A stretch of DNA of 61,952 nt, filler included, from Sphacelaria rigidula (taxonomy: Eukaryota), in the NCBI GenBank assembly GCA_964200075.2. It is 8 parts of 8 records of this genome, joined end to end, with 100 filler letters (N's around TTAATTAATTAA, not from the genome) between each part and the next. Parts side by side here need not be neighbours in the genome. Positions count along the whole stretch, not along the records: positions 7,758 to 15,414 come from CAXNAA020013904.1; positions 15,515 to 23,171 come from CAXNAA020013905.1; 6 more parts are not named here. One strand, written 5' to 3'. The notes below the pieces were generated by a model that did not search any database, was not told where the DNA came from, and was given only the letters and a program-made list of their open reading frames with translations. The position numbers and the translations under genes are program-made. Below, one piece after another: positions 10,743 through 22,361 of this stretch. Numbering within the stretch: position 1 is the first letter of the stretch; each line of letters opens with the position of its first letter.

Positions 10743-13432
10743 TTATTACAGGGTAAGAGCGATCTGGGGTCCAAATGACAGCCCCTCCACTCTTCCCCCG
10801 TATTGGCCTCCATCGTGTTTTTGTTTTGTTTTGCTTTGTTCGGTCTTCTTGAAGCAATTACCGGGTGTGCCATTGCCCGACCGAGATTCGATAGACTCGG
10901 CGAGATGGATGGCTTTCGACGCCGCCAACGAATATCTCGCCGAGAAGCGCTCGGAGAGGAGGCCGAGGAGAGCCTGCGATGGCCCCAATCCGGACGGCAA
11001 AGTTCTGCACCGGATGCCGGGCTTCAGGCATTTCAGGTGTGGGAGTGTGTTCGTATGCGAGATACAGTAGTGAGTGTTGACACGTGGTTCGTCATGTGTT
11101 TCGCAAATGGTTGAGTTTTCTTTCCCGATTATTTTGAGGTAACCTTTTGGCCGCCAGGGTAGGTTATTCGGGTCGTGCGTCCCTTTGACAAGTGAAAGTG
11201 GTGCTGGCGCAATAGATGATCCCCCCTCGGCGGTGGAAGGATTGATTGGGCCCATGACTGTGAAGCGCCGGCGCATCTTTCACTTTTGAACTCTTTTGCA
11301 ATGCTTTCACGGTGTCCTTGAGCACGAAGTATCTGCGTATCTTGAATGCAGGAGGCACTAACATGAAGTCACGAGATCATTTCACATTTGGTGTACTTGA
11401 TGAAATATGAAGGACTACTCCGGATTGAAGGGGTTGATGCATGGAAATTCTGTGAAAAGGGTCAATCTCTAGTTTGTTGATTCAAATATCCGACACGATA
11501 CACCACACCTTCCTCAACAGAAATGCATGCTTGACCGTTCCGTAGGATTCGGGATGTTGAAGTTTTCGGAAGCAAGATCGCAACCGTTATGCTTGCTGTC
11601 GAGGGCATGTTACTCCTATTTAGAACCACGCCGTAGTTTTGACTTGCTGTTGCGAAGAATTCCGGCGGCCTGGCAAGGCGGGAGACAACAATCTCGTTTC
11701 TCACGTCATAACAAATGAAACGAGCGCTTCGCGAACAGCCGACTTCCCCAAGGACGCGATCGGTAGGATCGAATGCTGATGCCGATGTAAGTGGTTTACC
11801 GAATCAACCCGACGTCCGGTATTCTGTGGGAAATCGGCCATCAATTATGCCAGTTTGTCGCTGTAACAGGTGGACGTATAGGTTACTACCCCCATGTATT
11901 ATGACGCAAGTACGATCGGGCTCATGCCCTCACCCGGCGCCTAGAGGTGCAAGCACCGTTAGTGTCATAATATCGACATATTTTTACGTGCACAAGCCAC
12001 CTATTATAGTACAGTATACACATCTTAAGCTCTGGTTCCCGAAGAACTAACCGACGTTACTGCCACCTTTGACCTCGAGTAGGCTGTCGCTTCGCGTTGA
12101 TTAGCTCTCGACCGCAAGACGTTTTGAATCTTCGACCTGCATGGATATTCACGCAATTTCAACTACTGTAGAGTCATATGAACTGTCTCGCTTTGAAATG
12201 TGTGACATTGCTGGAAAATGACTCGGTGTACTTGGTAGCCAATTGATTGAAAGAACTTTCGGCGCCTAGGGCTAAGATCAGCCCTTGCCCTTGAGAGCAG
12301 CAACGCCGCTAGCTGGCGGAAGTTGGAGGGCGCGAGTCGCAATTGCAGGCGAGTTAAGGAACGAAAAACGAAAAGGGAGAGGACAAAATTAAAGACAATA
12401 GAGGAAACAGCACCCAAAATGTCATTTCGTTGGCTACATGTCTTGAACGGGTGACTGTGCATCTTTCAGGTCGATGGAGCATGCGGTGGTTGAGGTCACA
12501 GAGGCTGTGCTGGGGCAAGATGGCGCGTGTCTGCCTGGTCGCGAGCCTAATCCGGATTTTGTCGAGGTGTGTGTGCGACATGAGTGGTGTATGCGAACGC
12601 ACCCACAGGGTAATTGGCGTCGAAATGCACCATGCCGCGAGAATGAGGACTAAGCTTCCCGTCCCTTTGCATTCTGATAATCAGGATTCACCTGTGCAAG
12701 GACAGCCGCCGCGACCTACATAAGGTGGTTGAAGGGGTACATGATCGACCACTTTGAGTGGAGTAATGGGCTAGAATTCCGACGGTCGTGCTTGGTTTTC
12801 ACTATTTTCTGTTGTGGAAAGGGTGCGAACGCGTGGTCACGGAACAGCTCGATAAAATGCAGCCGATCGGGTGTGGGACAGATGTTTTTGCTGTCAATTC
12901 GTTTCTCATGAAAGTCGGAAAGTGTCTGTGAGACGCCTGAAGCATACGCCGTAATTCAGACCCAAAACCTCATATTTTTTTAAGGTCCCGATTAGGCTGC
13001 TTGACTTGTGAAGTTGTACACATATTATGCTCAACTTCGAGTACTTCGATGATGTTCTGCCGGTTCTCGAAGGGGATGCGTGGTCAATGGTCAAACGACT
13101 AGGGCACGTGCACACCGAGTAAGTTGTTGCTTAACGATGGGTCATTGTCGCACATGAACTGATCCACAGGGAGCCAGGCTAGTAGGCTAGGTTACGTGAC
13201 AAGATGGACGTACTCGAGGTGAACAAAATGGAAACACTGACCAGTGGTAATGAAGAAAGCTATCCCGAAAAAAACAAGAAATGTGTGCACTGTAGAATGA
13301 CTGTGTTGTCGCTTGAGATGTTGGAGGGGACCCTAGATGAAGCAACGAGGAAAGGAATCTTGCGGTTCCTTTTTTGACGCTCAGAATATTGACATGCACA
13401 CACACACACACACACACGTGGTTGCTGCGCAG

Positions 13433-13651
13433 ATGCTCCCGCTGGACAAGAAGCCAGAATCTTGGGTGCACCACGAGGACGACCTGTACTTCGTGAAGTG
13501 CAAGCTTGCGGAGGAGATACTCGAGCACTTGGTGGACGACACGGTCGCGGAATGCAAGACTGTGTTCGCCCTCAAGGCCAAAGCTCGACAAAAGTGGTCC
13601 AAGTGGCTTGCGGGGCAAATGCTTCGGCAACGCAACGACCGGGAGGCGTAA
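13433..13651 (+). CDS. Terminal exon encoding a DUF4378-like (CEP350/TRM C-terminal) motif
   Basis: After gcag| it reads MLPLDKKPESWVHHEDDLYFVKCKLAEEILEHLVDDTVAEC...stop with GC-rich third positions. The W-x9-VK-x2-LA-x2-I-x-E-x-L-x2-DT pattern resembles the CEP350 C-terminus (recognised from memory, not searched). Confidence 0.7.
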   Translation: MLPLDKKPESWVHHEDDLYFVKCKLAEEILEHLVDDTVAECKTVFALKAKARQKWSKWLAGQMLRQRNDREA

Positions 13652-13749
13652 TTTGGTTCCAGACGCACGAAACCGTGTTGGTGAAAATGGCGTGTAACCC
13701 CTCATCTCCCCATGATTGATGAGGCGAGGGTCGAGTTACCTTTTTTTGG

Positions 13750-13870
13750 CGGGGGAAGGAGGGGGGGTGCTCATGCTGATGCATGCCATAGTCATGAGAC
13801 CATTGACGTCGCATCCCTACAAAGCCGGTACGGAGCACGCCGGGTTTTCGCCGGACCAGGCTCGCACTCA
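13750..13870 (-). mobile_element. C-tailed retroposon, subfamily A, truncated
   Basis: Reverse complement of the family 3' end with a G-run at 13750-13767. Confidence 0.8.
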
Positions 13871-15252
13871 GTCCTAATGGCGAATGAAGCCAGAGAGGAA
13901 GGCGACTTTATGTTCCTCGGTCCTATTTTTTCTTCTAGATAGGAAGCGAATGGCAGTGTGACAGCTGTGGGTTGATGGCCATACGCTTGAAAATCCTGAG
14001 GAAATAAAATAAAAGCTATGTGGGGGATTCGGGTATTTTGGTGGCAATTCGGCAGAAGCGGCCAGACGAGCATCGTGATCGAGAGCACAACCGGCACGTT
14101 GGCACTTTTTTCCTGCCGTTCCTGCCCCCCGGCATCCACGGCCCACTATTACTGTACGCCTGCGGTGTAATGTTATTCAAGTTCATCCGCTCGTCCTGTG
14201 ACGGCTTGATTTTATTGTGGTGTAGTGTGGGAATCATGGGGTTGTGTGTACATGGTGTGCTTCGCCAATTGCTTCGCCGTAGCGGGCAACATGAAGCGCT
14301 CTGGCCTTGTGGCCGCGAAAGCTCGCTTTTTTTGCTTGGAAACGCTGTAGCTGGAATTGCGGCCAATTGAGGTTTAAGGGCTATTTTATTGTAGCACTGT
14401 AGAAGGCAACATTGCAGGGGCGCACGCTCAAATATCATGCTGCAAGACATGGAGATGACTTTTCTTTAATTCGTGAGTGTTTCTCTCTTGTGTTACAGTA
14501 GCGCTTGAAGCAAAACAATAATAACAGAAAATGTGGGACTTAGTCGAGTCGCCAGGCAGGAAGGCAGCTCAAAGCCCTGGGAAATACATGTGTCCGTCTT
14601 CACGTGCATGTGCATGTGCACATCTTTTATTTTATTTTTTTCTGTTCTTATAATAGTGTTTTTGGTTGCTTTTGGTGGAAGCGCGTGAGCTTCGACCGTT
14701 GTTGAGGTGGTTTGCCTGCACGAGTGAGCTGCTTGCGCTTTATCTATTGCGTGTGTGGAGCAGGGTTGTGATACCCTGATACTGCAGCACGATAAAGTGT
14801 TTGATTTGACTGCGGGTACTTGAAGCGACGGAGCGCGGGTTTTTTGTTTTCCCGCTGCGGGCGTTTTCTCTACCGCGGGTGTGCGCGCTATTGCCCAATG
14901 AAAGTGCTTGAAGTGACGTCATAGGGCATGGTGAAGGTGCATTAGATCATGGGTGCGAAGGGAGAGAGATAGGGGTAGATGGAGGTCGACAGGAAAGAAA
15001 ACGGATTTGCCGTCTGCTGCGTTTTTCCGATTGGTAGAATCGACGTACTGGGCTCGACTGGGGGAATCGCAACAACAGGCGAATTTTGGCTCGAGTAGTG
15101 CACTGTTGGAGCGTTAGTTTGGATGATGGATGATGATTTTATAGTATGGTTTCTGTTCTGCCTGATGTAGCGGGTGGATTGTGTTCGTGTGTCTGTGTGT
15201 CTGTTTCGTTTTTCTTGTAGTGGCGTGTGCTATGTGCCATGTGCTATTGTTA

Positions 15253-15279
15253 TCAGTCAGTCAGTCAGTCAGTCAGTCA
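15253..15279. repeat. (TCAG)n microsatellite
   Basis: Directly visible. Confidence 0.9.
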
Positions 15280-15414
15280 AGCAGCTTGTGTCGTGTAACT
15301 TGTTGTGGGGCACTTCGTTTCGCGCGCGGGGGGGGGGTGGGGGGGGGTACTCATGATGAAGCAGGGGGGGGGGGGATTTCTGAACAGATGAGTTTCTGTG
15401 CCGTTTTCGTGGTG

Positions 15415-15514
15415 NNNNNNNNNNNNNNNNNNNNNNNNNNNNNNNNNNNNNNNNNNNNTTAATTAATTAANNNNNNNNNNNNNNNNNNNNNNNNNNNNNN
15501 NNNNNNNNNNNNNN
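15415..15514. other. Artificial scaffold linker
   Basis: N44-TTAATTAATTAA-N44. Confidence 0.99.
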
Positions 15515-15539
15515 ATTGTTGGGCCCGAAGCCTACTGAT

Positions 15540-15640
15540 TATCTTGCATTTGGATGACAGCCAACAATGAGCTGCTTTACTCCGTGGTATCGCCATTTCC
15601 AGAGACAGACACGGCCTTTAGACTGCCTCATGGGTGTCTA
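15540..15640 (-). mobile_element. C-tailed retroposon subfamily A, internal fragment
   Basis: GGTATCGCCATTTCCAGAGACAG...CTCATGGGTGTCT is the reverse complement of the family interior. A similar fragment lies at 46543-46635. Confidence 0.7.
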
Positions 15641-15904
15641 ACCTAGCTTTTATGGGGGGCGGGGGCGGGGGAGGGGGCGGTGTTTCCTCCGCACCGCGAG
15701 GGTGGCCTAGTTGGTACATGGACGGTCAGTCTCAGCGATGTTTGCTTTGGTTTTTGCTTCCAAACCCTTCCATTACTCGGGACGAGTCCGTGGTCTAATG
15801 GTCGCAAGGGATCGATTAACCCATCTCCCCAGTGGTATATTTCATGAGTCGGACGAGCACGAGTGTGATGCGTGGCACTCGCACTCGTTGGGCTGCTCGT
15901 CGGC

Positions 15905-16125
15905 CGAAAAAATTAATGGAGCGAGCACCCGAGTCACTGCTCGTTGTGGAAACAAACTAATAGGACGAGCACTCGAGTCATTGCTTGTTGTGGACACAAA
16001 TTGATAGGGCGAGCCCTCGAGTCATTGCTCGTTGCGGAAAAAAATAAATAGGGCGATCACTCGAGTCATGGCTCGCTGTGGAAAAAAGTAATGACTCGAG
16101 CACACGACTCATGCTCGTTGTGTTT
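15905..16125. repeat. Tandem array of five about 44-bp hairpin-forming units
   Basis: CGAGCACTCGAGTCATTGCTCG cores at 15922, 15966, 16010, 16054 and 16097, separated by A-rich linkers. Confidence 0.9.
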
Positions 16126-16640
16126 TCAAAAAACATCTACGAGTGCAGAGCAATGCTACAGTAGGGGTGCACTTTTTTCGCGAAAATTTGCCTGGTTCAG
16201 GGGCTTCTAATGATTCTAGCAGCACAAGAACATGGGTCAGGGCATCCCCGTTTGCAGATTCATTCCGGATATTTCCCGCACATTGAAATAGTAATCCTGG
16301 CGTACTCTCGCATTTTTCCATGAGTCGTGTTTTGGATGAGATACAGGGCTCCTAACAATTCTAACCTCAGAAAATATTTGTGTACCCCCACCGTAGCATC
16401 ACTCTGCACTCGTTTCGACGAGTAATGACTCGTCCGACGTATGTTATATTTACCCCGACAGTCGGGTATAACGAACTGTACCCACTGCTTGGGCACAGCG
16501 ACGACACTTCACGGAAAATAAAAAATAAAAAATGCAACCCACAGCCCCCACGTCTTCAGGGAGGGAACAACACATTTGTCTCAAGATAGCTGTATGTGTC
16601 GAGTTCCGAACATCCAACCCCCCTCTCTCACCCCCTGTGA

Positions 16641-17225
16641 GACCGTCTGGTGTGGCAACCAATCCGTATTTGTACAAATATGAGGATTTCAGCCCGCGTA
16701 CACCGAATTTTCTTCCGTGGATTGATTTTTCGGACCCCATTCTATTGGGCAATTAATTGTGTTCGCCTGGCTCTGAGGATACCATGTCAATTCTCCGATT
16801 CTTTGGACTCTGACTTTTGGTTCATCACTTTTATGCTCAGGTCGGGACACGCCCGCATCTCCCCCGATTTTGGACCCCGGATTCGGGGGAGATGCGGGCG
16901 TGTCCCGATCTGAGCATAAAGGTGATACATTACAAGTCAGCGTCTAAAGAATCGGAGAACTGATCTGGTTTCCTCACAGCTAGGCGAAAAATATTGCCGG
17001 ATTCGGGGGAGATGCGGGCGTGTCCCGATCTGAGCATAAAGGTGATACATTACAAGTCAGCGTCTAAAGAATCGGAGAACTGATCTGGTTTCCTCACAGC
17101 TAGGCGAAAAATATTGCCCAAAGGACTGGGGTCCGAAAAATCAATCCACGGGAGGAAATCGGATGTACCCGGGCTGAAATCCTCATATTTGTACAAATAC
17201 GGATTGGTTGCCGTACAAGACGGTC
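16641..17225. mobile_element. Fold-back MITE with about 230-bp inverted arms, probably PIF/Harbinger-type
   Basis: Ends GACCGTCT...AGACGGTC. Arms pair almost to the centre at about 16873. Flanks are TGA and TAA. Carries an exact 120-bp internal duplication. A related copy lies at 40944-41257. Confidence 0.88.
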
Positions 17226-17444
17226 TAAGATGAAATGGGATCACGTACGCGCGGCGAGGGCTATATAAGACACTTTCGTCTTTTTTAGTCCCAGTTTGAA
17301 CCCCTCCCCTCCCCCGAGAGGGGTCTGTGGTCTCAAGGGGACAGTAAATCCATATCTTCTCCTGGTACCGTACACACGCCGTACATCATGGTTATCTATC
17401 GCGGATAGATTTGGATCATGACTTTTTTCCTCAAAGCGTGTTTC

Positions 17445-17534
17445 AGTTTTCGTTTTTTTGGGTACGTCTTATTTTGAGACCACGGCTGGACCCCTGGGGG
17501 GTCAGGTAAAGTGCGACTATCAATAAATCAATCA
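17445..17534 (+). mobile_element. (ATCA)n-tailed retroposon 3' end
   Basis: GAGACCACGGCTGGACCCCTGGGGGGTCAG...GTGCGAC followed by an ATCA tail. Confidence 0.8.
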
Positions 17535-17756
17535 TGACTATCATTAGCACTCACGCACCGCGTCGGCTGTCGTCTACAAAAACAAACTGAGCTAAAACAT
17601 ATTTTTGTGCTACTCATGGACGTATTCACGCTTTCGATGACGGAAACCATACACACTCTTCTGAGAATAACAAAATGTCGAACTAGACGTACCTGGAGAA
17701 AAGCGGACCCACGTTTCTGCTGCACTACTGCGGTGTCAGTTGATTGATTTGATTGA

Positions 17757-18195
17757 TTTGATTGATTTGATTGATTTGATTGATTCGATTGATTCGATTG
17801 ATTTGATTGATCTGATTGATTTGATTGATTTGATTGATCTGATTGATTTGATTGATTTGATTGATTTGATTGATCTGATTGATTTGATTGATCTGATTGA
17901 TTGATTTGATTGATCTGATTGATCTGATTGATCTGATTGATCTGATTGATTTGATTGATTTGATTGATTTGATTGATTTGATTGATTTGATTGATTTGAT
18001 TGATTTGATTGATTGTCGCTTTAACTGACCCCCCAGGGGTCCAGCCGTGGTCTCATGATGGACGTATCCAAGAAAAACGAATCTAGAACACGCTCTGAGA
18101 AGGAAAAAAAAAAGAACAGAAAAAAAAGAGAGGGTCGGACAGAACGACATAGCAGACTAAGCCGTAACAAAAAAAATGGCAATTAAAAAGTGAAC
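17757..18195 (-). mobile_element. (ATCA)n-tailed retroposon with a roughly 250-bp expanded microsatellite tail
   Basis: Body at 18013-18195 is the reverse complement of the family. 17757-18012 is a (GATTTGATT/GATCTGATT)n array. Confidence 0.85.
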
Positions 18196-18922
18196 AGCAG
18201 TTATATCACATTGATTTAGACCACCGGGCATCACAATCATTTGGACCATCGGTACGCGGTGGCAGCATATACTGAGTTGTGATAAGTTGCAGTATACTTC
18301 CTCTGTCCCGTAAGTCTGTATCGTTGTGTTTGTACGAGCCCTTAACGATGTCCGATTTGATTTTCGATTTTTTGGTTACATTCGTTGGCGTTTTTTGAGC
18401 TAGAAACAACACTCTTCCTACAACGTGGGTGCTTGACCCGTGCAGCATCGCGGCCAAGAAAAAGGTAGGTCGGTCAAAATATGGCCATTTTTCGCTCTTT
18501 TTCTCGTTTAAGCATAGGAGACCCGGGAATCGCGAAAAATTGTGAAAAAAAAATGTGAAAACCGCAGAACCACCACTGATTTGGATATCTCCGTGACGTT
18601 AATCTGCGCACGCCCCATCAAAAAAAATTTCAGCATGTAATCGCGAGTGCTCGACGAAAAACGTCCAAAATCGTCAAAATCGGTCAACATCGGGGTATAA
18701 GTGGACCAAAAAGGACCAAAATGGGGTATGTTTTGAAACGATTTTAGTATTGAAAACATTTTTTTTTTTTTCTTAGTCAGCTTCGTCTGCGCGTCATCTC
18801 TCTAACGAGCCACACTGTAGGATGATCTTGAGCGTTGAAATACCCAAACGATTAAACATCCATAACGATACAGACTTATGGGACAGAGTAAGTATACTGA
18901 TTTGTGATGAAATTGAGTTGCA

Positions 18923-19329
18923 AGGGCAGGTTGAGTAGGGTATATATCCTCAAATTGGGGTAGGGTGTTAAAAGTCGTACCCAAAAAGTAACTGCAAAGC
19001 GATCCCTAACCTACCCCTATTTCTGTACACAAATTGGGGTAGGGTGTTTAGAAGCCGTACCCAGAAAGTAACTGGAAAGCGATCCCCAACCTACCCCTAT
19101 TTCTGTACACAAATTGGGGTAGGGTGTTTAGAAGCCGTACCCAAAAAGTAACTGGAGAGCGATCCCCAACCTACCCCAATTTGTGTACTCAAATTGGGGG
19201 TAGGGTGTTTAGAAGTCGTACCCAAAAAGCAACTGGAAAGCGATCCCCAACACCCTATCCCAATTTGTGTACTTCAAGTACGACTTTCAAAATACCCCGC
19301 AATTAAGTATACCCTACTCCACCTGCCCT
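18923..19329. mobile_element. MITE carrying four about 80-bp internally palindromic tandem repeats
   Basis: TIRs AGGGCAGGTTGAGTAGGGTATA and TATACCCTACTCCACCTGCCCT. Units begin CAAATTGGGG at 18951, 19030, 19110 and 19190. Confidence 0.88.
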
Positions 19330-19429
19330 CGAAATACTCGTTGTACGGGAGGGGGGTTAAATCCTGACATTAGTCCTGTCGTGAAAAGTGTGAGAATGTG
19401 TGGGTCGACGAAAATTCCAGGAAAAGCCT

Positions 19430-19565
19430 ACACCACGGCACGTCGCGCTCGGTGATTTACTGCGAGCCTGGTCCGGCGAAAACCCGGCGTGCTCCGTCCC
19501 AGCTTTTCAGGAATGCGAAGTCAGTGCTCACATGAGTACGGCATGCAAGACCATGAGTACACCCA
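19430..19565 (+). mobile_element. C-tailed retroposon, subfamily A, truncated
   Basis: GCGAGCCTGGTCCGGCGAAAACCCGGCGTGCTCCGTCCC...GCATGCAAGACCATGAGTACACCC. Confidence 0.8.
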
Positions 19566-19864
19566 TCATTCCCACCACTGCACACAGTTGCAGAAATGGG
19601 AGGTTTCGGAACAGATCCTTCTCGTTCTACCTTCAAAACGGCCATGACCCGAATTCAACATCAGAGGAGCAATTTCGAGGTCAGAGATGTTCACGAATGA
19701 TTTATGAGAGAATTGTGTACGATTAGCGATTGCTTACAAAATTTCGAAGATTTCTTGTTCGGGGAAGATACTGCACGCAAGGCAGGACAACAATACTGTA
19801 GCCTTTCTCAATCTCGGCGGGTGCGTAGTCCGATGTAATCAACCCATTTCTCCCCCGGTACCTG

Positions 19865-20345
19865 CGTTGCCACCCTTTTCAACAGCCGATAATCGAAATT
19901 TAGGATGGAGCTTTTCATCGAGAGTGAGAACCCGGAGGATTTTAAATCTCCGCATCCACACCAAATCTTCGAAATATGGTTCCATTCCCTCACCTACTGG
20001 TGGCTTTTGTCAACTGCTACGCGCCCGACATGTTCGTATTCCGATAACCGAAATATTAGGGTCCTAGATGAAGAAACACTTTCGGGGAATTTAGGTGATC
20101 CGATCGGATCGCCGAAATCCCCCGAAATTGTTTTTCGCCTAGAACCTCAACATTTCGGGTATCGAAATCCAAATTGGTATGACGTGAAGTACCTGTCAAA
20201 AGCTACCGGTAGGTAAAGGAATGAAACCATATCTCGAAGATTTGGTGTGGATACGATGATTTTAATTCTCCGGGTTCTCATCCGCGATGAAGGGCACAAT
20301 CCTCAATTTCGATGATCTGCTGTTTTTGGCGCGGGTTGTAGCAAC
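19865..20345. mobile_element. Fold-back palindromic element (family 2), copy 1
   Basis: Imperfect inverted repeat of about 480 bp centred on GATCCGATCGGATC (about 20103). Example pairing: ATCCACACCAAATCTTCG with CGAAGATTTGGTGTGGAT. Confidence 0.85.
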
Positions 20346-20578
20346 ACTAGAATGTTTCCAATAGTAACCGGCCTTATCGTTATAATGGTAATGATGATAA
20401 TGGTTATACGACAATTTTGGATAATGGTTTCAAGTCATTATTTTCCGTTACCGGCTACGTATGCTATATACAGCCCTTGGAAATTGGCCCAAATTTCACG
20501 TATTTCTTAGCTCTAGTGAAACCAAATCGCGTACAAACGGGCCTCCGGCACGGCGCCTCCAGCGGGGCCCCCTCTGCC

Positions 20579-20658
20579 AGGGGGAGGGGGGGCGTACTCA
20601 TTTGTTGCTTGCCTTAGTCATTTGACCATTGACCACGCATCCCTTTCGAGACGGAGCA
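20579..20658 (-). mobile_element. C-tailed retroposon, subfamily B, about 80 bp with TSD
   Basis: Flanked by the direct repeat CCCCTCTGCC at 20569-20578 and 20659-20668. Confidence 0.85.
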
Positions 20659-20815
20659 CCCCTCTGCCGAGGGGGGCTTTTTGGTTCGCGGCTGCCTCAC
20701 TAGATGGCAGAAACATTATTTACCATTTTACTGGTTGATGAGTGCGCTACGCGCAACCATTCAACTGGTTGACGGTTAGACACACCATTCCCGAGCTCTA
20801 ATCAACACCCTTTCG

Positions 20816-20852
<37 letters not shown>

Positions 20853-22156
20853 ACATCCCCCCCTCTTGTTTTACATGATCTTTGCAACCATACACCACCC
20901 AACAAAACCACCCCATCTCCAACANNNNNNNNNNCACCACTTCAGCTGGTTGACGGTTAGACACCCCATTCCCCCGCCCTACACAACCCCCTTTCCCCCC
21001 CCCCCCCCCCCCAGCCATCTCTCAAGAAAACGTGTTGTTGCCGCAAGTTTCCACGTTTTTGGGACAGCAGCAACCGGAAATAGAACCCCACTGTCGCGAT
21101 TCAAACCTGCAGTTTCAGTGAAAGTAGCATTGGTGTATCAGGTCGATGGTCGGGACGTGACCTGAAAGTGATTCAATAGACTCTGTTCCATGTTCTCATT
21201 TTTTCCGGGACCGGTACTTCTACTGAACCTTAGCCTGGCATTTCTTGTTTTACCCTCTTCGCTCTCCTTTTTTTTTCTTGTCTCTCTGTTGCTGTTATTC
21301 TGTAATGATTTATCACGCCCCCCTCCTCCCCACCGATCCCATGTTCCCCCTCCCTCTCTGTAGAGTTTCCCCCCGCTTTCCGATTATTATTTTCCGTTCT
21401 AGTTCCACCTTGGGTATGTAGGCGCTCTCTCATGAACCCACTGGTAGAATCGTATTAGGTCCGTTCATGTGTAAACAATTTGTCATCCCTGAAACCGATC
21501 AAGGGGTGAAAAGTGGCCAAACGAGGAGCTAGCGAATATTTCGTGAAGCCGGGGGTACGGCGAGGGATCTCCTGCAGTGCCGTCGACTCGCAACATCCGA
21601 CGTCTCCATTCTTTTTCTTGTTTGCGCGCTCCCGTTTCGATCCTGGATGCTCAATGCTTGCAAAGTACTCGCCTTTGTAATATAGGGGTCTCGGGTATGA
21701 CTGTGACCTGCAGCGCGTGCACATGGATGAGGTCCCTCCCCGTAATAGATACGGATGATTGTGCCGAAAGTTTCATACCGTTGCTGCTCTTGATCTGATC
21801 TGATTGGTTGATCGATTGGAGAGTTTCGTAAAAATAAAAACTAAGCCAAAAACTCAGGGATAATTTGCGTCTTCTTACTAAAAGTCGATCAAACGACAAT
21901 TATCCCCGAGTTTTTCCGGCCTATTTTTGTTTTCCGAAACTCTCTAATTATCGCATTTCAACTGACTCCCTAGGAACACAGCCGTGGCCACATGCTGCTG
22001 CTCATCTGTATGTGTCTTTTGCTTCGCGTGCGGCGGGTCTACCTTCGTTGCCTGTGCAGTCCCTGTGTCATTTTCATCATGTTTTGGATGTTTCACTTTG
22101 TCTCGAATTTCCCCGCGTTGCTCCGTGTTCCCCCGCACTTTGATCTTGTTCCGCAG

Positions 22157-22204
22157 ATGGTGAACCCCGTGATCGAAGACATGCTTAGCGCGGACGCTTT
22201 GTAG
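22157..22204 (+). CDS. Possible short terminal exon of an unknown gene
   Basis: A pyrimidine tract and ccgcag| precede MVNPVIEDMLSADAL-stop with GC-rich third positions. No homology recognised. Confidence 0.3.
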   Translation: MVNPVIEDMLSADAL

Positions 22205-22361
22205 TTGTAGTACTTATTATTACTCACTAGTAGTACTTGGCACGAAAATATAGGAGATAGTGTACCCGAACTTTCGCCAGTGTACCGTTTATTCTATGTG
22301 CGATGTATTTTTCTTTCCTACTTGTGGGAAACAGACGAGTTGCTGTAGTTCCCTCGCATTT

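Noticed and set aside
17725..18150. ORF with (SIK)n/(INQ)n repeats
   Set aside because: It is a translation of a retroposon microsatellite tail.
20755..21015. Direct duplication around a 10-N gap (similar at 41560-41850 and 54550-54700)
   Set aside because: Error-rich overlapping contig ends beside long C homopolymers, so a scaffolding artefact.
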